From Escherichia phage Ro45lw, in sequence record NC_048136.1: DNA of 39,793 bases; one strand, given 5' to 3'. Below, piece by piece: positions 18,017 through 26,955 of the stretch. Each line of letters starts with the position of its first letter. The stretch's first letter is position 1. The notes beneath the pieces are model-generated. The model was not told where the DNA came from. It searched no databases and saw only the letters and a program-made list of their open reading frames with translations. The position numbers were made by a program, and so were the translations under genes.

Positions 18017-18423
18017 CAGACTGCATACTACATAAGGGCTGCGTTAATAATTCTGGGTATGGCCTGAAGTGGTATGCCGGTAAGCTGCGGGGAGCACACG
18101 TAGTGTCATATCTCAAGAACAAGGGACCTATACCAGAAGGGCTAGTTGTGATGCACTCTTGTGACAACAGATTGTGCGTAAATCCAGAACACCTTAGTGT
18201 TGGGACCTACAGTGAGAACATGATAGACTGTGTTTCCAAGGGACGGAAGAACGCTCCGCATAGTGACAGCCACTACAACTCCAAGCTGAGCGCTGAAGAA
18301 GTTAAGTCCATACGCAAGTCAGGACTAACTGCTACAGAGCTTACAGCCATGTATCCTGGAGTGTCTAGGAGAACGCTGTCTGACGTATTAACAGGTAAAA
18401 CATGGAGGCACGTAGATGGCTGA
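18013..18423 (+). CDS. HNH endonuclease (free-standing, putative homing endonuclease), 136 aa
   Basis: SGYG...GPIPEGLVVMHSCDNRLCVNPEHL motif; paralogous to the ORF at 29244; AGG/AGA/ATA codons. Confidence 0.85.
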   Translation: MTDCILHKGCVNNSGYGLKWYAGKLRGAHVVSYLKNKGPIPEGLVVMHSCDNRLCVNPEHLSVGTYSENMIDCVSKGRKNAPHSDSHYNSKLSAEEVKSIRKSGLTATELTAMYPGVSRRTLSDVLTGKTWRHVDG

Positions 18424-19984
18424 ACGTGAAGGATTTGCTGCTGAAGGCGCGAAGTCAGTTTATAATAGATTGAAGAACGGACGACAGCCTTACGAGACCC
18501 GCGCACAGAACTGCGCTGCCGTGACCATCCCCTCGCTATTTCCTAAGGAGTCTGACAACTCGTCTACGGAATATTCAACCCCGTGGCAAGCTGTGGGCGC
18601 TCGCTGCCTGAATAACCTTGCAGCCAAGCTGATGCTGGCTCTGTTCCCACAAGCGCCGTGGATGCGGCTTACCGTCTCTGAATACGAGGCAAAGGCTCTA
18701 AGTCAAGACTCTGAGGCTGCTGCCCGTGTTGACGAGGGGCTGGCTATGGTCGAACGTGTCCTGATGGCCTACATGGAGACTAACAGTTTCCGTGTCCCGC
18801 TATTCGAGGCCCTTAAGCAACTTATCGTCGCAGGCAACTGTCTGCTGTACGTTCCTGAACCTGAGCAAGGGACCTATAGTCCTATGCGCATGTATCGTCT
18901 GGTATCATATGTGGTCCAGCGTGATGCGTTCGGTAACGTGCTCCAGATTGTCACCCTCGACAAGGTGGCATATAGCGCACTACCTGAAGACGTTAAGTCC
19001 CAGCTAAACGCTGACGACTACGAGCCGGACACCGAGCTGGAAGTCTACACGCACATCTATCGTCAGGACGACGAGTACCTGCGCTATGAGGAAGTGGAAG
19101 GCATAGAGGTTAAGGGGACCGATGGTTCCTACCCGCTGAATGCCTGTCCTTACATCCCGGTACGAATGGTTCGACTGGATGGTGAAGACTATGGTCGTTC
19201 TTACTGCGAGGAGTATCTTGGAGACCTAAACTCGCTGGAGACGATTACAGAAGCTATCACCAAAATGGCTAAGGTAGCCTCCAAAGTGGTGGGCCTCGTT
19301 AACCCGAACGGTATCACGCAACCTCGACGTCTGAACAAGGCGGCTACAGGTGAGTTCGTGGCTGGTCGAGTAGAGGACGTCAACTTCCTGCAACTTACGA
19401 AAGGTCAGGACTTTACGATTGCTAAGTCGGTGGCTGACGCTATCGAGCAACGTTTAGGCTGGGCCTTCCTTCTTAATAGTGCTGTTCAGCGTAATGCCGA
19501 GCGAGTCACTGCCGCAGAGATTCGTTATGTTGCTGGCGAACTGGAGGCGACCTTAGGTGGCGTGTACTCTGTGCAGTCTCAGGAGATGCAGTTACCTCTG
19601 GTCCGTGTGTTGCTGAACCAGCTTCAGTCTGCTGGCATGATTCCTGACCTTCCGAAGGAAGCGGTAGAGCCTACGGTCTCCACTGGTCTGGAAGCGCTGG
19701 GCCGTGGTCAGGACTTGGAGAAGCTGACTCAGGCGGTTAACATGATGACTGGACTTCAGCCTCTGGCTCAGGACCCTGACATCAACTTGCCGACCCTGAA
19801 GCTGCGACTGCTGAATGCCTTAGGAATTGACACCGCTGGCCTACTCCTGACGCAAGACGAGAAGATTCAGCGCATGGCTGAGCAGTCATCTCAACAGGCA
19901 GTTGTCCAAGGTGCTGGTGCTGCTGGTGCTAACATGGGAGCTGCTGTAGGTCAGGGAGCTGGTGAGGACATGGCTCAAGCCTAA
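18416..19984 (+). CDS. 8: Portal (head-tail connector) protein
   Basis: Long identical stretches to T7 gp8 (PYETRAQNCA, TPWQAVGAR, YVVQRDAFGNVLQ, GLVNPNGITQPRRL, QLPLVRVLL). Confidence 0.95.
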   Translation: MAEREGFAAEGAKSVYNRLKNGRQPYETRAQNCAAVTIPSLFPKESDNSSTEYSTPWQAVGARCLNNLAAKLMLALFPQAPWMRLTVSEYEAKALSQDSEAAARVDEGLAMVERVLMAYMETNSFRVPLFEALKQLIVAGNCLLYVPEPEQGTYSPMRMYRLVSYVVQRDAFGNVLQIVTLDKVAYSALPEDVKSQLNADDYEPDTELEVYTHIYRQDDEYLRYEEVEGIEVKGTDGSYPLNACPYIPVRMVRLDGEDYGRSYCEEYLGDLNSLETITEAITKMAKVASKVVGLVNPNGITQPRRLNKAATGEFVAGRVEDVNFLQLTKGQDFTIAKSVADAIEQRLGWAFLLNSAVQRNAERVTAAEIRYVAGELEATLGGVYSVQSQEMQLPLVRVLLNQLQSAGMIPDLPKEAVEPTVSTGLEALGRGQDLEKLTQAVNMMTGLQPLAQDPDINLPTLKLRLLNALGIDTAGLLLTQDEKIQRMAEQSSQQAVVQGAGAAGANMGAAVGQGAGEDMAQA

Positions 19985-20002
19985 ACTATCACTATAGGAA
20001 CT
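19980..20002 (+). promoter_or_regulatory. Phage-RNAP promoter (phi9-like)
   Basis: CCTAAACTATCACTATAGGAACT; followed by hairpin CCGGGTGAGACTCCCGG at 20030-20046. Confidence 0.8.
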
Positions 20003-20080
20003 TAGACAAGATTCACAAAGCATTAGGCCGGGTGAGACTCCCGGTCGGTTCCTATCATCAACTTAAAGGAGAATGACTCA

Positions 20081-20962
20081 ATGTCTCAATCAGTTTATGC
20101 CGAGTTCGGCGTTAGCCCTAATGCAATCACTGGTTCCGTTGAGGACCTGAACGAACACCAGCGGTCTATGCTTGAGCAGGACGTAGCAGTTCGCGATGGC
20201 GATGACGCTATTACCTTCAAGCAACTGGAAGCCGAGAACGAAGAGGCTACCGAAGAAGACGAAAACGTCGAAGAGACTGAAGGTGACGATACTGAAGGTA
20301 ACGACGATGAGTCTGATACCGAAGGTGAGGACCAAGAGTTTGTCGAACTGGGTGAAACTCCTAAAGAGCTGACCGAAAGTGTCACCGCTCTTAACGAGAA
20401 CGAAGCTGCCTTCGACGACATGGTGTCTGCTGCTGTAGAGGCTGGCAAGGTCACTGCCGATGACATCGCCGCTATTAAGGCCGAATATACCTCTAAAGGT
20501 GAGCTGTCCGAGGCATCCTATGCTAAGCTGGCTGAAGCTGGTTACACAAAGCGCTTCGTCGATTCATTCGTCCGTGGTCAGGAAGCTCTGGCTGAGCAGT
20601 ATGCTGCTGGTGTGGTTCGCTACGCTGGTGGTGCTGAGCAGTTTAACCGCATCCTGTCACACCTTGAGTCCAACGACCCGTCAACTCGTGAAGCACTGGA
20701 AGCTGCTATCGTTCGTAAGGACATTGCGACTACCAAAGCTCTGCTGAATCTGGCTGGCAAGACTCTGGGTAAAGCTGTAGGCGTTAAACCTCAGCGTACC
20801 ATCACCACTCAGGCCAAACCTGTGGTCGCACCTAAGGCTCCTCAGACCGAAGCATTCAGCTCTAAGGCTGACATGATTAAGGCTATGAGTGACCCGCGCT
20901 ACCTGCGTGACGCTAAGTACACGATGGAAGTTCGCGCTAAGGTTGCAGCGTCTAGTCTGTAA
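20081..20962 (+). CDS. 9: Capsid assembly (scaffolding) protein
   Basis: Acidic N-terminal half and conserved C-terminal region typical of T7 gp9; RBS AAGGAG. Confidence 0.85.
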   Translation: MSQSVYAEFGVSPNAITGSVEDLNEHQRSMLEQDVAVRDGDDAITFKQLEAENEEATEEDENVEETEGDDTEGNDDESDTEGEDQEFVELGETPKELTESVTALNENEAAFDDMVSAAVEAGKVTADDIAAIKAEYTSKGELSEASYAKLAEAGYTKRFVDSFVRGQEALAEQYAAGVVRYAGGAEQFNRILSHLESNDPSTREALEAAIVRKDIATTKALLNLAGKTLGKAVGVKPQRTITTQAKPVVAPKAPQTEAFSSKADMIKAMSDPRYLRDAKYTMEVRAKVAASSL

Positions 20963-20966
20963 GAGG

Positions 20967-20989
20967 ACTAAACTATCACTATAGGGAGA
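20967..20989 (+). promoter_or_regulatory. Phage-RNAP promoter (phi10-like), full consensus with GGGAGA start
   Basis: CTAAACTATCACTATAGGGAGACC; leader can form a GGGAGACC/GGTTTCCC 5' stem as in the T7 phi10 leader. Confidence 0.85.
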
Positions 20990-21092
20990 CCAAGGGTATG
21001 ACTCAAGGTTTCCCTGTAACTTCAGTCCATACGGATTGGGCATAGCGAAGTAACTAAATTTATTTCTTTCATTCGAATAGGAGAATTATCAT

Positions 21093-22142
21093 ATGGCAAA
21101 CGTTCCGGGTCAGAAAATTGGTGCAGACCAAGGTAAGGGCAAATCTAGTGCAGACCAGCTCGCACTGTTCCTTAAGGTCTTCGCTGGTGAAGTCCTGACA
21201 GCTTTCACTCGCCGCTCTGTTACCGCTGACAAACATATTGTCCGCACCATTCAGAACGGTAAGTCCGCACAGTTCCCGGTAATGGGTCGCACCTCCGGTG
21301 TGTATCTTGCTCCCGGTGAGCGCCTGAGCGATAAGCGCAAGGGTATTAAACACACTGAGAAGGTTATCACCATTGATGGTCTGCTGACCGCTGACGTGAT
21401 GATTTTCGACATCGAAGACGCTATGAACCACTATGACGTGGCTGGCGAGTATTCCAACCAGCTAGGTGAGGCTCTGGCTATCGCTGCGGATGGCGCGGTA
21501 CTGGCTGAGATGGCGATTCTGTGTAACCTCCCGGCTGCATCCGACGAGAACATCGCGGGTCTGGGCAAGGCGTCCGTTCTGGAAGTTGGTACTAAAGCCG
21601 ACCTGAACACTCCAGCCAAGCTGGGTGAAGCGATCATTGGTCAACTGACCATCGCACGTGCTAAGCTGACTGCCAACTACGTTCCTGCTGGCGACCGCTA
21701 CTTCTATACTACGCCTGACAACTACTCCGCGATTCTGGCGGCCCTGATGCCTAACGCTGCTAACTACGCTGCGCTGATTGACCCTGAGACGGGCAACATC
21801 CGTAACGTAATGGGCTTCGTTGTGGTAGAAGTTCCTCACCTGACTCAGGGTGGTGCTGGCGAGACCCGTGGTGACGATGGTATCTCCATTGCTTCCGGTC
21901 AGAAACACGCATTCCCGGCTACCTCCAGCTCTACCGTTAAGGTTGCTCTGGACAACGTTGTGGGTCTGTTCTCTCACCGTTCTGCTGTCGGTACTGTTAA
22001 GCTGCGTGACTTGGCGCTGGAACGTGACCGCGACGTCGATGCTCAGGGCGACCTGATTGTCGGTAAGTACGCTATGGGTCACGGCGGTCTGCGTCCAGAA
22101 GCGGCAGGCGCACTGGTTTTCACAGCAGCGTCAGCGGGCTAA
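21093..22142 (+). CDS. 10A: Major capsid protein (10A form)
   Basis: Strong identity to T7 gp10A (LALFLKVF, KSAQFPV, KHTEKVITIDGLLTADV, AAVGTVKLRDLALER, KYAMGHGGLRPEAAG). Confidence 0.95.
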   Translation: MANVPGQKIGADQGKGKSSADQLALFLKVFAGEVLTAFTRRSVTADKHIVRTIQNGKSAQFPVMGRTSGVYLAPGERLSDKRKGIKHTEKVITIDGLLTADVMIFDIEDAMNHYDVAGEYSNQLGEALAIAADGAVLAEMAILCNLPAASDENIAGLGKASVLEVGTKADLNTPAKLGEAIIGQLTIARAKLTANYVPAGDRYFYTTPDNYSAILAALMPNAANYAALIDPETGNIRNVMGFVVVEVPHLTQGGAGETRGDDGISIASGQKHAFPATSSSTVKVALDNVVGLFSHRSAVGTVKLRDLALERDRDVDAQGDLIVGKYAMGHGGLRPEAAGALVFTAASAG

Positions 22143-22405
22143 CGACCTTTAAGGCCCTCTCTACAGAGGGTCCTACCTTAGAGACATACAGTTCTACGGT
22201 GGGGACCAGCCTGAAGGTTGACTTCCCTGAGCTTTCAGATGTGACCGATTGGTCGCTGCTTGACGTGATTACGCCTGATGGTGTTAGTTACTCCCGTAGA
22301 ACCAACAGTCTCTACTTCAAGGCCACCTCTGGCGTGGAAGGTCTGGTGATTGTTGGGTATGACGGTTCGCCTGTGCGTTCCTTCAACGTATCTTTCACAA
22401 ACTAA
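22115..22405 (+). other. 10B: Predicted -1 frameshift site G GTT TTC and about 94-codon extension giving a minor capsid 10B form
   Basis: Heptamer GGTTTTC at 22115-22121, 7 codons before the 10A stop; the -1 frame is open from there to TAA 22403-22405, immediately before the terminator. Confidence 0.55.
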
Positions 22406-22409
22406 TTGA

Positions 22410-22450
22410 AACCCCTTGGGTGCCTTCGGGTGCTTGAGGGGTTTTTTTTC
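22410..22450 (+). terminator. Late transcription terminator (T-phi-like)
   Basis: AACCCCTTGGGTGCC TTCG GGTGCTTGAGGGGTT hairpin with G-U pairs followed by TTTTTTTT. Confidence 0.8.
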
Positions 22451-22463
22451 TTAAGGAGGGCTT

Positions 22464-23030
22464 ATGGCTCAGTACATTCCGCTCAACGCTAATGACGACT
22501 TGGATGCTGTTAACGATATGCTGGCTGCTATCGGTGAACCAGCAGTCCTACAGCTTGACGAAGGTAACGCAGACGTATCGAACGCTCAGCGCATCCTGCA
22601 TCGAGTAAATCGTCAGGTCCAAGCTAAAGGCTGGAACTTTAACATCAATGAGGCCGCTGTGCTAACACCAGATGTCCAAGACCAAAGGATTCGATTCCTG
22701 CCGTCTTACCTCCGGGTCATGACTGCGGGTGCGACCAGTTACTACAGCAACATGGGTGGCTATCTCTATGACCTCAGCACTCAGTCCACGACCTTCACGT
22801 CTGCGATTACCGTCGAGCTGGTGGAGATGAAACCGTTCGCTGAGATGCCTGTGGTATTCCGTGACTACATCGTTACCAAGGCAAGCCGAGAGTTCAACGC
22901 TAAGTTCTTCGGAAGCCCGGAGTCTGAAGCCTATCTGAGGGAGCAGGAAGCAGAACTGTATCAGCAGGTGATGGAGTACGAGATGGATACCGGGCGCTAC
23001 AACATGATGTCTGACATCGGTCGAGACTAA
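22464..23030 (+). CDS. 11: Tail tubular protein A
   Basis: AVNDMLAAIGEP, ANAxRIL, GWNFNI, MEYEMD, GRYNM similar to T7 gp11; RBS AAGGAGG. Confidence 0.9.
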   Translation: MAQYIPLNANDDLDAVNDMLAAIGEPAVLQLDEGNADVSNAQRILHRVNRQVQAKGWNFNINEAAVLTPDVQDQRIRFLPSYLRVMTAGATSYYSNMGGYLYDLSTQSTTFTSAITVELVEMKPFAEMPVVFRDYIVTKASREFNAKFFGSPESEAYLREQEAELYQQVMEYEMDTGRYNMMSDIGRD

Positions 23031-23041
23031 TAGGAGGTTAT

Positions 23042-25411
23042 ATGCCGTTATACACACAAAGCATAAAAAATCTTAAGGGGGGCATTAGCCAACAGCCGGA
23101 CATCCTGAGGTTCTCAGACCAAGGTGAGCAGCAGATTAACGGCTGGTCATCCGAGAGTGACGGGCTACAGAAGCGACCACCTACCGTCTGGAAGAAGAGG
23201 CTGGCGGCGGTGAACGAGACCATCCCGAACAACGCTAAGTTCCATCTGATTAACAGGGACGAGAACGAGCAGTATTATATCGTCTTCACAGGAAAGGAAA
23301 TCATGGTCTTTGACCTTGAGGGGAACCAGTACACTGTTTCAGGTGTAACGGACTACGTGAACACTTCCAAGCCGCGTGACGACATCCGGGTCATTACAGT
23401 AGCTGACTACACGTTCGTAGTGAATCGCCGAACTGTGGTGGCTCAGGGGACAACTAAGGCAAACCCTACCTACAATATGAAGAACCGAGCTTTGATTAAC
23501 CTTCGTGGTGGTCAGTATGGTAGATTGCTGAAGGTAGGAATTAATGGCGGGACAAAGGTTGAGCACCAGCTTCCTCCGGGAGATAACGCCAAAGATGACC
23601 CACCTAAAGTCGACGCTCAGGCTATCGGCAAGGCGTTGGTGGACCTGCTTGTGGTGGCCTATCCAAACTACACGTTCACCCTTGGGTCTGGCTACATCGA
23701 GATTAAAGCCCCAGCAGGGACCGACATCAACTCGGTGGAGACTGAGGATGGCTATGCCAACCAGCTCATCAATGCGGTACTTGATACTGTGCAGACTATC
23801 AGTAAGCTCCCTCTGGCAGCGCCTGAAGGATACATCATCCGCATTCAGGGTGAGACTAACAGCTCAGCAGATGAGTATTTCGTGAAGTATGACTCTGCGA
23901 AGAAGACTTGGCGCGAGACTGTTGAGCCTGGGACTGTAACGGGATTCGACGCATCAACCATGCCACACGCTCTGGTCAGACAGGCAGACGGGAACTTTAC
24001 GTTCCAGACCCTAGACTGGACTGAGCGTGGCGCTGGTAACGATGAGACCAACCCGATGCCTAGCTTCGTGAACTCTACGATTAACGATGTGTTCTTCTAT
24101 CGTAACCGCTTAGGGTTCCTCTCCGGCGAGAACGTCATTATGTCCCGGTCTGCTGGATACTTTGCATTCTTCCCTAAGAGCGTGGCGACCCTCAGTGATG
24201 ATGACCCGATTGACGTAGCTGTGAGTCATCCTCGAATCTCCATCCTGAAGTATGCTGTACCGTTCGCAGAACAGCTACTACTGTGGTCTGATGAGGTGCA
24301 GTTCGTGATGACCAGCTCCGGGGTTCTGACCGCCAAGTCCATCCAACTTGATGTAGGCTCTGAGTTCGCTGTTAGTGATAATGCTCGACCGTTTGCCATT
24401 GGACGTTCAGTCTTCTTCGCTGCTCCTCGCGGCTCGTTCACCAGCATTAACCGTTACTTTGCGGTGGCTGATGTCACAGACGTGAAGGACGCGGACGATA
24501 CGACCGGGCATGTGCTGTCTTACATTCCTAACGGAGTATTCGACATCCAAGGGTCCTCTACTGAGAACTTCATCACCGTGTCTACTGAAGGCGCTCCGAA
24601 CAAGCTGTTCATCTACAAGTTCCTCTTCAAGGATGGCGTACAGCTTCAAGCCTCGTGGTCGCACTGGGAGTTGGAGCAAGGGGAGCAGATTATGGCCTCA
24701 GCCTGTATAGGGTCCGCTATGTACATAGTACGTAAGCATGGCTACGGAGTTGACTTGGAAAAGCTGGAGTTCATCAAGGAGGCTGTTGACATCGGAGGGG
24801 AACCATACCGCCTCCATCTTGACGGTAAAACCACTATGGTCATCCCGACTGACGCGTTCAACCCTGACACGTACACCTCTTCCTTCGACGTTGGTGCGGC
24901 CTATGGTGGTGTTTTCCCTCCAGCAGGTAAGTATGTCATGGTCGACTCCAGTGGGCGCTTCGTGCAGCTGCCGGATACCGTATGGTCCAGCACTCGGTGG
25001 GTGACTGTTAAGGGAGACTGGTCAGGTAAGACCGTGTTCCTCGGTCGCGTCTATAAGTTCACCTACGCCTTCTCTCGGTTCCTCATTAAGTATGAAGACC
25101 AGAACGGGACGGTGACTGAAGACTCAGGTCGACTACAGCTTCGCCGCGCTTGGGTGAATTATCAGCACACTGGCGCGATGGTGATGCGTGTAGTCAACCA
25201 TCACCGTGAGTTCCTGAACACGCTGAACGGCTACAAGCTGGGCCTACAGGACATCGGTCGGGTCGACATCGGTGACGGTCAGTTTAGGTTTCCAATGAAC
25301 GGAGATGCTCTGCACACTCGGCTAATCCTTGAGTCAGACTATCCGACCCCATTGTCCATCGTCGGTTGCGGCTGGGAGGCTTCATACGCCCGTAAAGCCA
25401 AAGCTATCTAA
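23042..25411 (+). CDS. 12: Tail tubular protein B
   Basis: QSIKNLKGGISQQPDILR, VTVADYTF, DGYADQLIN, LQLRRAWVNY, GCGWE match T7 gp12. Confidence 0.95.
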   Translation: MPLYTQSIKNLKGGISQQPDILRFSDQGEQQINGWSSESDGLQKRPPTVWKKRLAAVNETIPNNAKFHLINRDENEQYYIVFTGKEIMVFDLEGNQYTVSGVTDYVNTSKPRDDIRVITVADYTFVVNRRTVVAQGTTKANPTYNMKNRALINLRGGQYGRLLKVGINGGTKVEHQLPPGDNAKDDPPKVDAQAIGKALVDLLVVAYPNYTFTLGSGYIEIKAPAGTDINSVETEDGYANQLINAVLDTVQTISKLPLAAPEGYIIRIQGETNSSADEYFVKYDSAKKTWRETVEPGTVTGFDASTMPHALVRQADGNFTFQTLDWTERGAGNDETNPMPSFVNSTINDVFFYRNRLGFLSGENVIMSRSAGYFAFFPKSVATLSDDDPIDVAVSHPRISILKYAVPFAEQLLLWSDEVQFVMTSSGVLTAKSIQLDVGSEFAVSDNARPFAIGRSVFFAAPRGSFTSINRYFAVADVTDVKDADDTTGHVLSYIPNGVFDIQGSSTENFITVSTEGAPNKLFIYKFLFKDGVQLQASWSHWELEQGEQIMASACIGSAMYIVRKHGYGVDLEKLEFIKEAVDIGGEPYRLHLDGKTTMVIPTDAFNPDTYTSSFDVGAAYGGVFPPAGKYVMVDSSGRFVQLPDTVWSSTRWVTVKGDWSGKTVFLGRVYKFTYAFSRFLIKYEDQNGTVTEDSGRLQLRRAWVNYQHTGAMVMRVVNHHREFLNTLNGYKLGLQDIGRVDIGDGQFRFPMNGDALHTRLILESDYPTPLSIVGCGWEASYARKAKAI

Positions 25412-25435
25412 CTAATTGAATGGCCTATAGTTTCA

Positions 25436-25458
25436 ACTTAACTATCACTATAGGGACT
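25436..25458 (+). promoter_or_regulatory. Phage-RNAP promoter (phi13-like)
   Basis: AACTTAACTATCACTATAGGGACT. Confidence 0.8.
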
Positions 25459-25497
25459 ATAGGCCCTTTAAGTTATAATACTTTAAGAGGAGACTTT

Positions 25498-25980
25498 ATG
25501 TATATTCGTAAAGCTACTGAACAGGATGTATTGTCCTTCGAAATTGCTATAGATGACGTTAATGAGCTGATGGCGAATGACCCACGGAGAGACCTTGAGT
25601 CTGTCCTACTATCTCACCTCACTCCGTCATCTGTGGTTTTGGTCGATGCGCTGGGGACAGTATACGCCTATGGTGGAAACCAAGGTGATAACGTCTGGTT
25701 CGTTACCTCCCGTCTTGTCTCAAGGCTTACCAGAGCAGAGAGACGTGAGTTCGTCCAGAGAATCGCTGAGTACAGAGACTTAAGGTTAGACCAGTATCCG
25801 GTCCTTTGGAATTACGTTTGGGAAGGGAACAGCAGTCACATTAGGTTCCTAAAGATTCTTGGGGCAGTGTTCCACGAAGAGTGGACCGAGAGTCCTGTTA
25901 CGGGAGAGAGGTTCCGGCTATTTACCATGTCAAGGAGTAATAATGAAAGTATGCGTAAGGTGCGGGGAGCTGAAGGATAG
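25498..25980 (+). CDS. gp13-like internal virion / assembly protein, 160 aa
   Basis: Position equivalent to T7 gene 13; ATG with RBS AGAGGAG; similarity to T7 gp13 is from memory only (LWNYVWEGN..HIRFLK..GAVFHEE). Confidence 0.6.
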   Translation: MYIRKATEQDVLSFEIAIDDVNELMANDPRRDLESVLLSHLTPSSVVLVDALGTVYAYGGNQGDNVWFVTSRLVSRLTRAERREFVQRIAEYRDLRLDQYPVLWNYVWEGNSSHIRFLKILGAVFHEEWTESPVTGERFRLFTMSRSNNESMRKVRGAEG

Positions 25981-26353
25981 TTCCCTGTTTTATAGGTGTA
26001 AAGCTCGAAAGGACGGGCTGGGGTCATACTGCAAGGCTTGTCACGACGCTAAGTCTGCTGGCACCAAGTATAACTATGAGCTTAAAAGGAGAGATGTTCT
26101 CCGTAAGAAGTATGGAATGACACTAGAGTCTTACGAAGCACTTCTTGCGAAACAAGACTCTGAATGTGCCATATGCGGACTTGATGTTAAAAACCACAGA
26201 AGGGCGCTTAATGTAGACCACTGCCACAACACTGGGCAGGTAAGAGGGCTACTCTGCGACGACTGTAACATTGCCCTAGGTAAGTTCAAGGATAACATCC
26301 AGTCTATACTTAAGGCTGCTGAGTATCTGGCTAGAAGCCGGAAGGAGGATTAG
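25943..26353 (+). CDS. Endonuclease VII-like nuclease (putative homing endonuclease), 136 aa
   Basis: CxxC...CxxC N-terminus and ECAICG...LNVDHCHNTGQVRGLLCDDCNIALG, typical of the endonuclease VII family; RBS AAGGAG; overlaps the gene 13 3' end by 38 nt. Confidence 0.75.
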   Translation: MKVCVRCGELKDSSLFYRCKARKDGLGSYCKACHDAKSAGTKYNYELKRRDVLRKKYGMTLESYEALLAKQDSECAICGLDVKNHRRALNVDHCHNTGQVRGLLCDDCNIALGKFKDNIQSILKAAEYLARSRKED

Positions 26354-26380
26354 AAAATTTGCGAACCAATTTCTATCGGC

Positions 26381-26944
26381 ATGGGTATTATGGCTGTAGC
26401 CGGGGCCGCTATGTCCGCTTCAAGTCAGGCCAAAGCCGAAGGTGCAGCGATTGACGCTCAGAACCGACAGGCTCAGGAAATGATTAAGCAGATGAACTAC
26501 TCTGACGCCAACCTGAAGATGCAGGAGCGAGACCTTAAGGAACAGCAGGTCGCTGAGCTGACCGAGACGACTCTGAATGGTATCCGCAATCAGGGAATGG
26601 TCCGTGCAGCAGTGGCTGAGTCCGGTCTGGAAGGAAACTCCATTAACCGCATTGAGCGCTCAGTGGAAGGCGACACCGTGAAAGAACGTGCTGGCATCAC
26701 CGAAAGTTACAACCGAGATTATGCGGCTATCTTCGGGAACCGTATTGCCAACATTGAGAACACCAAGTCTGTCATCAAGGGTCAGGCCAAAATCATCAAG
26801 ACCAGCCCTCTGGCTCACGCACTTAACGTCACCTCTGCTGGTGTGCAGGGTTACGCTATGGGTAGCTCTATCTCTGGCGCTAAGCCGTCTGGCGGTGCTG
26901 CCCCAATCAGTGCTGCTAAAGGCACACCTACAGGTCATAGCTAA
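26381..26944 (+). CDS. 14: Internal virion protein gp14-like
   Basis: Ala/Gln-rich N-terminus, NYxDANLxxQER, SxNRIxR, C-terminal AAKGTPTG resemble T7 gp14. Confidence 0.8.
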   Translation: MGIMAVAGAAMSASSQAKAEGAAIDAQNRQAQEMIKQMNYSDANLKMQERDLKEQQVAELTETTLNGIRNQGMVRAAVAESGLEGNSINRIERSVEGDTVKERAGITESYNRDYAAIFGNRIANIENTKSVIKGQAKIIKTSPLAHALNVTSAGVQGYAMGSSISGAKPSGGAAPISAAKGTPTGHS

Positions 26945-26955
26945 CAGGAGGACCA

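Noticed and set aside
21462-22082. 206-aa minus-strand ORF inside the capsid gene
   Set aside because: Antisense to the major capsid gene; no independent support
22199-22405. Stand-alone 68-aa gene downstream of the capsid gene
   Set aside because: Needs a GTG start with no RBS; its frame is the -1 frame of gene 10 and is open back to the slippery heptamer, so it is better explained as the 10B extension
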